This document shows positions 1 through 9,580 of a stretch of DNA of 64,000 nt, piece after piece. Position 1 is the stretch's first letter, and each line of letters begins with the position of its first letter. This stretch comes from a virus. The translations under genes were made by a program, and so were the position numbers. The notes below the pieces were generated by a model. That model was not told the DNA's origin. It made no database searches and worked only from the letters and a program-made list of their open reading frames with translations. The stretch is taken from positions 1 to 64,000 of IMG/VR virus record IMGVR_UViG_3300043446_003193. The stretch is one strand, 5' to 3'.

Positions 1-357
1 TACCATCCAATTTAGGTTGTGAGAATATTGGGTAACTAATCTTATCCTTACTATCTTCCCACTTACTCGCCAACATTGGTTCAAAGTATTGTGTTTTGTT
101 TATGTGTTTGATATTCTCAAAGTAACCACTCTCTAACTTCTTTGTTCGCTTTGCAACTGCTTCTTTCATACATTGTTCGTTATCGGTAGTTGCGTTTGCT
201 TTACCTTCATTCTTACCATACACGATCGTCCATTCATTTGTAGTTATGATACCACCAACTTGCCCACTATGTGTTCGGTATTTGTTACCCACTACTTCAA
301 TTGTCCACTCTTGTGTTGCACCTGTCTTTGTCTTTTTGTATATTGTTTCTAATTTCA
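1..357 (-). CDS. ATP-dependent DNA ligase, N-terminal ~119 aa; start codon at 357, gene continues past window edge
   Basis: Own translation of rc(1..357): MKLETIYKKTKTGATQEW...EPMLASKWEDSKDKISYPIFSQPKLDG. Contains the PMLA motif followed by the KxDG adenylation motif I of ATP-dependent ligases. Not in the ORF track because it is open at the edge. Confidence 0.6.
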
Positions 358-359
358 TA

Positions 360-569
360 TTAAAAGTATATTTTTCTTATTGTAAAAAAATCGTTTGGAT
401 TGTTTTTGTAATTATAGTTAGTTAATATATCACTTTCTGCTTCACTTAGTGTTGCAAAACATTTTATATTTTGATAATTTTTTGTAGTATCACTGTCCTC
501 AATCCAATGACCACTCCAATTAAACCAACAATTCGTTCTATGATTGTATATTGCGTAATACCCTTTCAT
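360..569 (-). CDS. hypothetical small protein (69 aa)
   Basis: ORF track; fits minus-strand gene packing. Confidence 0.35.
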   Translation of the reverse strand: MKGYYAIYNHRTNCWFNWSGHWIEDSDTTKNYQNIKCFATLSEAESDILTNYNYKNNPNDFFTIRKIYF

Positions 570-575
570 ATTATA

Positions 576-986
576 TTATTTTACTAATTCAATTCTAATA
601 CTACCATCTTCGTTAATCCAACCTTTCAACTTGAATTTTGGGTCACTTGGATGGCCACTTGCTAAGTAACCTTCTAAGTGTGGTCTAACCCCATCCCTAT
701 CACTATGTTGATATGATTGAAATTCTAAAGTATGTCTCATTACAATATTATTACCCATACCCAATGCGTTTCCCAATGGGGTAGTATCGTTTGTAATATC
801 AGTTTGCATTTTTCTAAATCCCATTAACTTCAAATGGCCTGCTCCAATTAAATCACCTAAACAATGTTGGTATGTATCATTAGTTACACCATCAACTTTT
901 GATTTTTTGAGTTTTCTTTCACTACGCATAATACGAACTTTATTTTTCGTATATTCGTTTCGTTTAGTTCCTATAAATCTTGCCAT
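576..986 (-). CDS. hypothetical protein (136 aa)
   Basis: ORF track; no recognisable motif. Confidence 0.5.
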   Translation of the reverse strand: MARFIGTKRNEYTKNKVRIMRSERKLKKSKVDGVTNDTYQHCLGDLIGAGHLKLMGFRKMQTDITNDTTPLGNALGMGNNIVMRHTLEFQSYQHSDRDGVRPHLEGYLASGHPSDPKFKLKGWINEDGSIRIELVK

Positions 987-992
987 ATTGTT

Positions 993-1310
993 TTATTTAT
1001 TTGTTATTATATCCCAATCATGTATCACATCATTCAAATATGCTAATAAACAAAATGGGTCTTTTACATTATACAATTCAAAATTATATTCCAATGGTGT
1101 ACTATTTATATTATCCCATAATTTCATTTTGTATGAATTGTTGTCACTTTTATTTGGATGTCTATTCATATGAACTTTGAAAGTTGTTGAATGAATATTA
1201 TCATGCTCAAATATAAACTCGTAAAAATCAGGTTCATAATCAAATCCCATCACATTAACTTTTTGTGAAGTGATTGATAATATCTTATCTATATTTTCTA
1301 TCTTTAGCAT
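993..1310 (-). CDS. hypothetical protein, member 1 of a tandem paralog triplet (N-term MLKIENIDK)
   Basis: ORF track; shares the N-terminal MLKI(E/K)NIDK motif with the next two genes. Confidence 0.5.
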   Translation of the reverse strand: MLKIENIDKILSITSQKVNVMGFDYEPDFYEFIFEHDNIHSTTFKVHMNRHPNKSDNNSYKMKLWDNINSTPLEYNFELYNVKDPFCLLAYLNDVIHDWDIITNK

Positions 1311-1311
1311 A

Positions 1312-1659
1312 TTATACTTTGTTTTTTAAATTTGAATTATCCCACCAGTATTTTGTCTTTCGTAAAACTTCTGATATTTCAACTAACAATGATGTCACGC
1401 ATTTTATTTCTGATATATCAACTTTACTTTCCGTTGCCATTTGTAATCCCATAGTAAATAATCGGTATGTTCCATTTTTTTCATTACGAATTAAATGAAC
1501 TTCTTGTGGTTTATTATAAAAGTTTGCATCACCTATTGCGTCAAATTCAAATACATACGAATGTTCACCTAGTTTATTTGTGTGACGACTTACATGATAA
1601 ATGTTTCTACCAAAACAAGTCATATTTATTACTTTATCTATATTTTTAATAGTCAACAT
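1312..1659 (-). CDS. hypothetical protein, paralog 2 (N-term MLTIKNIDK)
   Basis: ORF track; N-terminal motif shared with 993..1310. Confidence 0.5.
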   Translation of the reverse strand: MLTIKNIDKVINMTCFGRNIYHVSRHTNKLGEHSYVFEFDAIGDANFYNKPQEVHLIRNEKNGTYRLFTMGLQMATESKVDISEIKCVTSLLVEISEVLRKTKYWWDNSNLKNKV

Positions 1660-1660
1660 A

Positions 1661-1954
1661 CTATAAATCTTTTAATGCTTCATTAAATGTCCATTGAACA
1701 TTCTTAATTTTACTAAAAAAATCAACCGATATCCAATGATCGGTAAATCTACCATTATCAACTCTATATATATTTTTACCCATTTCATCATCCCATTTTG
1801 GTTGTCTAAAAATATCAATGATTGCCCAATTTGAATTGGTATCTACAAATGCAAAGGTATATCTATCACTATGTTCTTCTGCTTCCTTTAATTTATATTT
1901 ACCATCTACAAAATTCATTTCCAATATATCCGTTGGGTTTTTAATCTTTAACAT
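1661..1954 (-). CDS. hypothetical protein, paralog 3 (likely start at internal MLKIKNPTD)
   Basis: ORF 1661..1999 contains an internal Met followed by the same MLKIKN motif; start trimmed to avoid overlapping 1956..2324. Confidence 0.45.
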   Translation of the reverse strand: MLKIKNPTDILEMNFVDGKYKLKEAEEHSDRYTFAFVDTNSNWAIIDIFRQPKWDDEMGKNIYRVDNGRFTDHWISVDFFSKIKNVQWTFNEALKDL

Positions 1955-1955
1955 A

Positions 1956-2324
1956 TTACATCTTTTTTCCCATTTTATAAAATATTTGTTTAAGACCACC
2001 TAATGAACTTATATTTTGTTTTTTAGTAATTATTTTTGCCAAAGGCAAAGGACCACTATCCGCAACTTCAACCATATTTAGATTTGCAAGTTCACCATTA
2101 GCATCAGTAGTTGGTACAAATAAAGTCACTTCAATTTTTTCTGGAACATTATAACCATGTTCTTTAACTTCACTTAATGAAATAAAATAGGTTTTACCTC
2201 CGGATGCGGCTTCTAATTCATCCACATTAGTACATACATACATTTGTTTTTCTGCATTGAATACCGGAATATTAAAATTCATATTCACTAATACTTTTGG
2301 ACCTAATTTTGTTATCTTTTTCAT
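1956..2324 (-). CDS. hypothetical protein (122 aa)
   Basis: ORF track. Confidence 0.5.
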   Translation of the reverse strand: MKKITKLGPKVLVNMNFNIPVFNAEKQMYVCTNVDELEAASGGKTYFISLSEVKEHGYNVPEKIEVTLFVPTTDANGELANLNMVEVADSGPLPLAKIITKKQNISSLGGLKQIFYKMGKKM

Positions 2325-2845
2325 TATCTATTCAATTTTGTTATACATTCATCAATTTTATCTCTTAATCTACCACCCTGTCCAAAATCGCCATCAACTT
2401 GCACATGTCTCCATTGTGGAATACCCATCCATTTGAATTCTCTTTTAAGATTCAAATCATCAATAGCAATCCAATTGGAAATCTTATTATCTTTAACCCA
2501 CTTCTTAATTTCAGCAGCACGTTCCCAATCAATTGAAGGTCTACTCATCTTCATCCATAAGTCCTGATGTGTAGTTATATCAACCAAATTGTGTCCTGCA
2601 ATTCCGTAGTATTCAAATATTCTTTTCATTTGAATAAAACTAAAATGTTTTCTCCAATCCGAACTCAATACCATCTTAGCATTACTCTCATCCAAAATCT
2701 TTTTAAGAGCTTGGCAATCTTCTTCTACCCAAGGGTATGGCATTTTGAATGTGGATGAACCCGAACTTAGTTCAACTCTACCATCACCCCACGTTCCCCA
2801 TGCTAACGGGCCATCTACATCTATGAATATTATTTTCTTTCTCAT
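2324..2845 (-). CDS. HAD-superfamily phosphatase (nucleotidase/PNK-phosphatase-like)
   Basis: Start taken at the internal MRKKIIFIDVDGPL. HAD motif I DxDGxL, motif II-like VLSSDWR, motif IV IAIDD. Confidence 0.6.
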   Translation of the reverse strand: MRKKIIFIDVDGPLAWGTWGDGRVELSSGSSTFKMPYPWVEEDCQALKKILDESNAKMVLSSDWRKHFSFIQMKRIFEYYGIAGHNLVDITTHQDLWMKMSRPSIDWERAAEIKKWVKDNKISNWIAIDDLNLKREFKWMGIPQWRHVQVDGDFGQGGRLRDKIDECITKLNR

Positions 2846-2855
2846 AATTTTATTT

Positions 2856-3110
2856 TTATTCTTCAAATAAATGCCAAACAAACGGGCCATCCTGATAAGT
2901 TCCAATATATTTCATATTAGTATCATCAAAACTATGACCTGTTCCAATTATTACAAATTTTCTTTTTTCTAATTCATTTTCCGGATTTACTTTTACCCAA
3001 ATACACGCATTGAACATCTGTCCATTTTGAATTTGAACGGATAGTATTTCTGCTCCTTTCGGCATTTCAATTATGTTTTCTACTTTGTATTTCCAAATTT
3101 GCTTTATCAT
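2856..3110 (-). CDS. hypothetical protein (84 aa)
   Basis: ORF track. Confidence 0.4.
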   Translation of the reverse strand: MIKQIWKYKVENIIEMPKGAEILSVQIQNGQMFNACIWVKVNPENELEKRKFVIIGTGHSFDDTNMKYIGTYQDGPFVWHLFEE

Positions 3111-3113
3111 AAC

Positions 3114-3380
3114 TTAAAATTTTTGTATTACTAACATTGCATCGGTAACATCTTCTTCTCTTAAGTAACCAACTACGTCACCTTGTGCAACTGGGTTATC
3201 ATAATGGATTTCACCATTACTATCTAATACTGCCAATTCATATAATCCATTCTTTCCACCATACGAAAATTCATGCTTCACTACCGAAGCACCAAATCCG
3301 TTATCAAACATAATACGAGAAACAATTCCATCAACGTGGAATGGATGTTTTTTAAATTCTAAATCTTTAAATGTTTTCAT
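3114..3380 (-). CDS. hypothetical protein (88 aa)
   Basis: ORF track. Confidence 0.45.
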   Translation of the reverse strand: MKTFKDLEFKKHPFHVDGIVSRIMFDNGFGASVVKHEFSYGGKNGLYELAVLDSNGEIHYDNPVAQGDVVGYLREEDVTDAMLVIQKF

Positions 3381-3391
3381 TTTATTTTAAT

Positions 3392-3436
3392 TTTAATGAG
3401 AAGATAGCAGGGGAATTGAACCCCTGTATATTCCAA
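3392..3436 (-). ncRNA. tRNA-like minihelix: acceptor-like stem AGATAG/CTATCT plus T-arm CAGGGG-TTCAATT-CCCCTG, no D or anticodon arm
   Basis: Intergenic 3381..3442. rc reads AGATAGTTTGGAATATACAGGGGTTCAATTCCCCTGCTATCT. The T-loop matches the T(psi)CRANY-type consensus. Confidence 0.4.
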
Positions 3437-3442
3437 ACTATC

Positions 3443-4366
3443 TTATTGAATGTTCTTAAACAATGTAGGTATTTGACCATACACCGGTAACTTACCATCC
3501 CACTTATTAACATATTCCATTTGAATAAGTAATGGTGTCAATGTTTGTTGTTTCATTCTATTTGCTTCTGCTTCAGCTTTAGCAGATGTAAGTAAAGCCT
3601 GCGCGTTACCCTCTGCAGTTGCAATCTTAATCTTAGCTTGTGCTTCTGCTGTTTTCACTTCGTTCTCTGCTCTTAATGCCGCTTGAACTGCGTTGTTCTT
3701 AGCTTCAATAGATTTCTTAAAAGTTTCAGGATAAACTAAGTTAGATGTAAACTGATTGATTACAAATCCTTCTTTCAATAATGAGTTATCCAATAATCTA
3801 CGAACTTCCACTTCAAATACAGCACGATTACTAATCAATTCATCAGCCGTATATTTGTTAGTTGCTAATCTAAATGCGTCATATACTGCTGTTTTTAAGA
3901 AACCTTCTTCAATATCTTCTAACGGTCTACGATACTTGCTAAATATTGCAGGTACTTTCTCTCTTTGAACAGAGTAGTTCATAATAGGTGAAACTGCAAA
4001 TTCCGAACCATCTTTTGAGTTTACAATAAATGAATTTTCATCCTTGTACTCTTTGTGTTGAATAAAGGTAGGGAACTCATAAATCTTTGTAGTAAACGGA
4101 TTAAAGAATACCATACCCGTAACTGCTACTACATTATCAACACCTTTGTTATCACCATATTGGTTTACTTTAACACCAACATGTCCTGCGTCAATTCTTT
4201 CACAAGACATAAATAAGAAAATTAAAGTAATAAATCCTAACACCCCAGCCGTAATTGTTTTTGCCATTTTTTTAAATTTTAAATCTTGTTCTAATTTTAA
4301 TTGTTTTCTTTCTTCTTCCATTTCAGCTTGTCTTCTTTGCCAAGCATCTAAATTGTCATATGCCAT
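3443..4366 (-). CDS. SPFH/band-7 (stomatin/prohibitin-like) membrane protein
   Basis: N-terminal coiled coil plus TM helix, then an SPFH-like core (GHVGVKVNQYGDNKGV...) and a C-terminal Ala/Glu-rich coiled coil. Confidence 0.7.
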   Translation of the reverse strand: MAYDNLDAWQRRQAEMEEERKQLKLEQDLKFKKMAKTITAGVLGFITLIFLFMSCERIDAGHVGVKVNQYGDNKGVDNVVAVTGMVFFNPFTTKIYEFPTFIQHKEYKDENSFIVNSKDGSEFAVSPIMNYSVQREKVPAIFSKYRRPLEDIEEGFLKTAVYDAFRLATNKYTADELISNRAVFEVEVRRLLDNSLLKEGFVINQFTSNLVYPETFKKSIEAKNNAVQAALRAENEVKTAEAQAKIKIATAEGNAQALLTSAKAEAEANRMKQQTLTPLLIQMEYVNKWDGKLPVYGQIPTLFKNIQ

Positions 4367-4367
4367 A

Positions 4368-4682
4368 TTATTTTGTTTTATTTGTTTTCTTTCTTGTTTT
4401 TACAAAAGGTTTATCACTTTCAACACCATCCATTTGTTTAGGATTTGATTTCTTCATATTTTTTAAATCTTCTATAACTGCTTCTTCAATTCGGGAAGGT
4501 TGTTTAACCAATTCATATAATTCTATTCCTAACCATAGGAGTAAAACTCCCAACCCAATACCACCTACAATATTTGCAAATGTATTAGCCATTGTTAAAC
4601 ACGGAAATATTCCAAATTGTAACAATAATAAAATTGTAATAAATGTGAATATTTGTTTTTGATACTTTTTTATTTTTTGCAT
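4368..4682 (-). CDS. small membrane protein (104 aa)
   Basis: Hydrophobic helices (ILLLLQFGIFPCL, GIGLGVLLLWLGI). Confidence 0.45.
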   Translation of the reverse strand: MQKIKKYQKQIFTFITILLLLQFGIFPCLTMANTFANIVGGIGLGVLLLWLGIELYELVKQPSRIEEAVIEDLKNMKKSNPKQMDGVESDKPFVKTRKKTNKTK

Positions 4683-4797
4683 TTCATTTCATTTTGAATT
4701 TTTCTTAATTTTATTTGCCACCTTCTTTCCATTCTCTTTTCCATTGGAGACATTGGGTCAAAAAGGTTTATTAAACATTCTATAAATTTTCCCATAA

Positions 4798-5391
4798 TTA
4801 AATGTTTTGTTCTTTATATAATTTCAACAATCGTTCACTCATTTCTTTATATCTCATATTGAATTTGTTACTCATCTTTGATATAATGTTTGGATTGCTG
4901 TATGGTGAATTGTCAGGTGAACTCCATTTACGACTGTGATACAAATAATTGTAAAACATTACATACGCATTTGCTTTTCTAATGTATTCATCTATGTCAA
5001 TCTTTAATCCCCACTTCTTCATTAATTGAACTGATCTCTTCTCATTATCCAATTCTAAGTCTCTAGATTTGGCAAGTGCCGATTTAATACCTCTTACATT
5101 TTTACCTTCTAACCATTCTTCTACTTTTATTAAACCATCACATCCATCTGTCCAAACTTTAACACTATCTAACCATTGAGTCATATGACAATATTCATGT
5201 ACCAATATACCCAACCAATCAGGTCTATTCATAGCTACTACCAATTCTTTACTTTCTTCATCAAAGTAACCACTACATTTAATATTACCACTTAATCTTA
5301 AATACGTCACTTTACGCAAATCACATTTAACACCATTCTCTTTACATTGTTTTTTAACCCATTGTATAAATCTTTTTTCTTTTGCTCTCAT
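4798..5391 (-). CDS. putative zinc metallopeptidase (HExxH; SprT/WLM-like?)
   Basis: VHEYCHM matches an HExxH zinc site; no further support. Confidence 0.35.
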   Translation of the reverse strand: MRAKEKRFIQWVKKQCKENGVKCDLRKVTYLRLSGNIKCSGYFDEESKELVVAMNRPDWLGILVHEYCHMTQWLDSVKVWTDGCDGLIKVEEWLEGKNVRGIKSALAKSRDLELDNEKRSVQLMKKWGLKIDIDEYIRKANAYVMFYNYLYHSRKWSSPDNSPYSNPNIISKMSNKFNMRYKEMSERLLKLYKEQNI

Positions 5392-5476
5392 ATAATTTTT
5401 TTTGTTAGAAAATCCATATAATACGATAGGGGATAGAAATTAATCTACCCCCTTTTCGTACTCACCATTAAAACTA

Positions 5477-6751
5477 CTACCAAACGATAGTTTCTTCATC
5501 AGTTACATTGTCCTCAACCTCATTGAAAAGTTGAGTTTCTTCATCTGATTTAATATATTTTTGTAGCAATTGAGTCATAAATACTCTCTCACTATCCAAC
5601 CCACCATCATTACTGAAATAAGGTAAGATTGCGATTTGTGCAGCTTCAAACAAACTGAAACCGTCGTAAACCAATCCAGCAGCTTCTACATTCACACGAG
5701 TAGAAACGATAGTTGAAATCTTACTTGCATCAGTTTTGATTAACTGGCGAGTCGTATCGGCAATCTCTGCCAATGCGTTTAATGAATACTCATCAGCTTC
5801 AGGGAACTTAAACTTCAATAACGCAAGTTCGTTTTCCTTATCTAGCAAGTCCATTTCAATTTGAACAAAACGGTCCATCAATGCTCTATCCATTACACGA
5901 GTTGCAGTGTACTCACCACCGATATTCGCGGTTGCGATAAATGTAACACCACTTGCTACTTTAACGATTGGTGAACCTTCGGCCTCATCTAATCGTAAAT
6001 ATCTTTGACCCTGATCTAACACAGTCATTAAGATATTAGCGGCTTCTGGGTGAGCTCTACTCAATTCATCCAATAGGATAATTGCGTTTGGAGTTTTGAT
6101 TGCTTTAACGAATGCCGATTCACTAAAGAAAGTACCATTCTCTTTGTTAAAGTGAGTGTTACCGATTAAGGTTGCTCTAGCATCTTGCGTAGCACCTAAG
6201 TTAAAGTAGAAATCAGGTCGTTTCAATGATTTAACCAACGATTGAGCGGCTAATGTTTTACCACAACCGGTCGGTCCTGTCATTAAGATATTCTTACCTC
6301 TAACTGCTGAACGGAGTAAATACTTCCACTTCAATTCTTCAATGAACAATCCATTAGGTTTTAATTCTTTACCTTTTGTATGGATAAATTCTTTTAAAGC
6401 ATCGTGAGTTTCAAATGATTCACTTACACTATCACATGCTTCATCCGATATTGTAGCAGAATGTTTTTTGAACTCATCAATTTCAACTAACTTATAAGAT
6501 AGTTTACCATTTTTACTTATGTACGCTTGGATAGCTTTGTTTTCAGCTTCTGCTTGTTTCATCTTAGCTGAACTAATACCCGCAACTTTTGTTACAGGTT
6601 GATTTTGTGTTGTCAACATACCGAATGTACGTCCCAACTTAATTACTTTATAGATTTCATTTGTGAAACCTACATTAAAGTCCTTGACTTTAGTTGATTT
6701 TCTTTTTACCATAGTAGTAGTTTTACTTTTGTTACTTTGATTTCTACGCAT
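5477..6751 (-). CDS. AAA+ ATPase, MoxR/CobS-like
   Basis: Walker A GPTGCGKT, Walker B ILLDE, sensor region; about 150 aa basic N-terminal extension; sits immediately downstream of the vWA gene. Confidence 0.8.
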   Translation of the reverse strand: MRRNQSNKSKTTTMVKRKSTKVKDFNVGFTNEIYKVIKLGRTFGMLTTQNQPVTKVAGISSAKMKQAEAENKAIQAYISKNGKLSYKLVEIDEFKKHSATISDEACDSVSESFETHDALKEFIHTKGKELKPNGLFIEELKWKYLLRSAVRGKNILMTGPTGCGKTLAAQSLVKSLKRPDFYFNLGATQDARATLIGNTHFNKENGTFFSESAFVKAIKTPNAIILLDELSRAHPEAANILMTVLDQGQRYLRLDEAEGSPIVKVASGVTFIATANIGGEYTATRVMDRALMDRFVQIEMDLLDKENELALLKFKFPEADEYSLNALAEIADTTRQLIKTDASKISTIVSTRVNVEAAGLVYDGFSLFEAAQIAILPYFSNDGGLDSERVFMTQLLQKYIKSDEETQLFNEVEDNVTDEETIVW

Positions 6752-6780
6752 AACTTTATTGTTTATTTATTGGTGATTTG

Positions 6781-6822
6781 ATACTCAAATATACGACTTT
6801 TTTTTGATACTACCAAATCTAT
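6781..6822 (-). promoter_or_regulatory. promoter upstream of AAA+ gene: -33 TTTG, 20 nt spacer, -7 TATATTTG (minus orientation)
   Basis: rc reads TTTGGTAGTATCAAAAAAAAGTCGTATATTTG, matching the Bacteroidota sigma-A consensus TTTG-N19-21-TAnnTTTG; part of a repeated cassette. Confidence 0.6.
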
Positions 6823-6855
6823 TTATAATTGATTGATTTCTAATGACTTATAGGC

Positions 6856-6884
6856 ATAAAAAAAGGGTAATATATAACCCTTTG
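6856..6884 (-). terminator. intrinsic terminator hairpin AAAGGGTTATATATTACCCTTT plus T-run after the vWA gene
   Basis: Minus-strand reading: GC-stem hairpin followed by TTTTTTTATGCC. Confidence 0.55.
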
Positions 6885-6944
6885 ATTATCAATAAGTTAT
6901 GAAAGGGGACCAGAAAGTCCCCATTTCATTGGGGCTTTCCGAGC

Positions 6945-9236
6945 CTATTTTTTGTTTTTTGATAGGAATAACTCGTTCATAGTTTTGGCAACTTCAAACA
7001 TATTTTCCACATTCACGTACTTAGCATCATTTCCATACATTTTTTTGAAAATTTGCCAATCGGATGAATGTTCAAAATTACTACCATAATCAGTAATAAA
7101 GTAAGAAAGTACATCTATACCATTATCTTTGATTTTGGTCACTTGCTTTTTTGTGTGAACTGCTGCAGGTTCACCCGAATAATGCATATCATCACTACCT
7201 CTACTGATTGAGTAAGAAGGTTGTCCGTCAGAAAAGTTTAAGAAATAACTTTGACTATCATTTGTTGATGGAACTAAGTTTTTCAATATTGCTTCAAAAC
7301 ACAAACCTTCTGGTGTAGTATTACTTGCTTGCAATATACCCATATATTTTGCGAATTGTTTAAATGAGTCTCTACGAGAATCGTGGATAATTGCAACATA
7401 TGGTAAACAATTACCACCACTATCGGTAGAACGAATTGAAACTTGTACATTGATATTACGAGCCATTTCACATGCTTTTACAATAGCGACGGTTGATACA
7501 ATACACTTTCTTAACTTATCACCTTGCATTGAACCGGAATAGTCAATTGATATGTGTAAGTTTGCTTTCTTAAACTGGTCAACTTCATTTGTATAAAACA
7601 CGTTCTCATTATCATAACCTAATGAAGCAACCATTCTACCGTCAATCTTACCACGTTTCAATCTACTGAATATCGTTTCACGACTTTCACTACGAACTTG
7701 CAGTTTCTTACCCAATAGAGTACCTAACATTGTACCCTTACGAACTTCCTCTTCTGCCCATATCTTTGGCTCACCTGTTCTCCAATCGTTATTAGAGAAC
7801 GGAAAGTCTTCGGATTTTAATAGATTTTCTGTCAATCGTTTTACTACGATACAGTCTACACCTTTCATTTGTGTACCATATCTATCCATACCATTACCTA
7901 CACGAACCAATTCGGTATCTGATTCTTGAATGTCTTTTAGTTTTTCCAACTCGCTCTTTTGAACATTCTTCTTTTTGATATTACCATTGATGAAGTCCTT
8001 TTGCTTTTGGATTTTCTTATCCAATTGTTTTTTAGCAGTATCGGATAACTTCACTTTAGTATTACCTTGCTGACCCTGTCCATCATCAGTATTACCCAAT
8101 TTAGCAGTCGCTTGTCCACTAACATTTCCATTTCCACCGCCCATTTCACTGCCATTATCTTCACTATCACCATCTTCAATTTCAGTAATCTCTACTTCGT
8201 TCTCATCTCCATCACCACTTTGTCCTTTACCCAATCCTTTACCTTTCATCATCTCTGCGTTTTCGTAAGGAACGGTTTTAAGTATCTCAGCAAGAATGTC
8301 AATAGATAATTGGAAACTATCTTTGGTTGATGTCAAACGGCTAATATCTTTTAGGTTTACCATACGATATATGGCTCTCAAACCTTTTAACTTAGATAGG
8401 TCAGTTTTTTCGTTCATCAAGTTGATAATACGGAACATATAGGCTTCAAACGTCTCATCCGTATATTCATCACTTGCGATACCTTTGGTAACGATTTTAT
8501 CATTGAAATAGTTATCATACATTTGAGTATAATAATCTCTATAACCAGGTGCTGATTTGAAAATATACATATCAATACGTCTATCTTCTACCCAATTAGT
8601 AAGAGAACTGATGATACCGAATATTTCTTCATTCATTGAACCTTTACTACCAATCACACCGGTAGACAAATACATCTCATTGAATAGATTTTCGTATTTT
8701 GGGTATTGTTTAGTATATCCTTTGATAGTATCATCTATTTTATCAATAGTCCAACTCGGTGTTGTGATACCATTTGCAATTTCATTTGCAGTATCACTCA
8801 TAATCTTTCGTTGTAATCTTTGATAGTTACTAAACATTTCGTTCATATTAGATAACAGATCAAAGTCAGATAATAGAATGTGTGAACCTTCGTGCAATGC
8901 TAAACCAACTGAAACGTCAAATTTATCATCTACATCTGCAGAAAGGATAACTTTTTTACCATCCGTTTTACTATCACTTTTTGTAGCGAATGTAACAGGT
9001 ATATTCTTTTGTGTAACGATTTGAACGAAATTGGCAATAGCTCGTCTTACGGATGCCAACTTATAAAGGTTATTAGTTTTTTTGAAAAGGTCTAAATCCT
9101 TCTTTTGGAAACCACCATAGGTTTCTAATACATCATACGAAGTATCGTAATCATCATACCAAAATGATGATACTTTACTTTTCGCGTTGACTAGGTAATC
9201 TTTTGTACCCGTCTTAAAATTCTCATACCAACTCAT
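6945..9236 (-). CDS. von Willebrand factor A domain protein, CobT-like partner of the AAA+ ATPase
   Basis: C-terminal vWA domain with MIDAS DxSxS (IDYSGSM); Gly/Asp/Glu-rich acidic linker; 763 aa. Confidence 0.75.
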   Translation of the reverse strand: MSWYENFKTGTKDYLVNAKSKVSSFWYDDYDTSYDVLETYGGFQKKDLDLFKKTNNLYKLASVRRAIANFVQIVTQKNIPVTFATKSDSKTDGKKVILSADVDDKFDVSVGLALHEGSHILLSDFDLLSNMNEMFSNYQRLQRKIMSDTANEIANGITTPSWTIDKIDDTIKGYTKQYPKYENLFNEMYLSTGVIGSKGSMNEEIFGIISSLTNWVEDRRIDMYIFKSAPGYRDYYTQMYDNYFNDKIVTKGIASDEYTDETFEAYMFRIINLMNEKTDLSKLKGLRAIYRMVNLKDISRLTSTKDSFQLSIDILAEILKTVPYENAEMMKGKGLGKGQSGDGDENEVEITEIEDGDSEDNGSEMGGGNGNVSGQATAKLGNTDDGQGQQGNTKVKLSDTAKKQLDKKIQKQKDFINGNIKKKNVQKSELEKLKDIQESDTELVRVGNGMDRYGTQMKGVDCIVVKRLTENLLKSEDFPFSNNDWRTGEPKIWAEEEVRKGTMLGTLLGKKLQVRSESRETIFSRLKRGKIDGRMVASLGYDNENVFYTNEVDQFKKANLHISIDYSGSMQGDKLRKCIVSTVAIVKACEMARNINVQVSIRSTDSGGNCLPYVAIIHDSRRDSFKQFAKYMGILQASNTTPEGLCFEAILKNLVPSTNDSQSYFLNFSDGQPSYSISRGSDDMHYSGEPAAVHTKKQVTKIKDNGIDVLSYFITDYGSNFEHSSDWQIFKKMYGNDAKYVNVENMFEVAKTMNELFLSKNKK

Positions 9237-9280
9237 AGCTCGGAAATTTATGTGTTTTGTTAATTAATTTTGTGAATATA

Positions 9281-9325
9281 CCACAATATACGACTTTTTT
9301 TTGATACTACCAAATATTTATTAAA
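9281..9325 (-). promoter_or_regulatory. promoter upstream of vWA gene (same motif as 6781..6822)
   Basis: rc reads TTTGGTAGTATCAAAAAAAAAGTCGTATATTGTGG. Confidence 0.55.
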
Positions 9326-9360
9326 ATTTTTTATAATATGTTGATAGTCAATGATTTAGG

Positions 9361-9391
9361 CATAAAAAAAGACCTATATACATAAGTCTTT
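9361..9391 (-). terminator. intrinsic terminator hairpin AAAGACTTATGTATATAGGTCTTT plus T-run
   Basis: Minus orientation; paralogous to the hairpin at 6856..6884. Confidence 0.5.
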
Positions 9392-9580
9392 GATTATCAA
9401 TCAGTTGTAAAAATACTATATTATAGGGTAAAATCGTCAGTATTTTGTAAACCTTTTGGATTTGTTTTCGGTTTGCTACCAACGACTGTAATTTTTGTAC
9501 TACTTTGTTGGTTTTCTTTTAAGAGTTCTTTTATTTCTTCTAAAAGATTCTTGATAATTGTAAATTGTTCTACGTCCATA

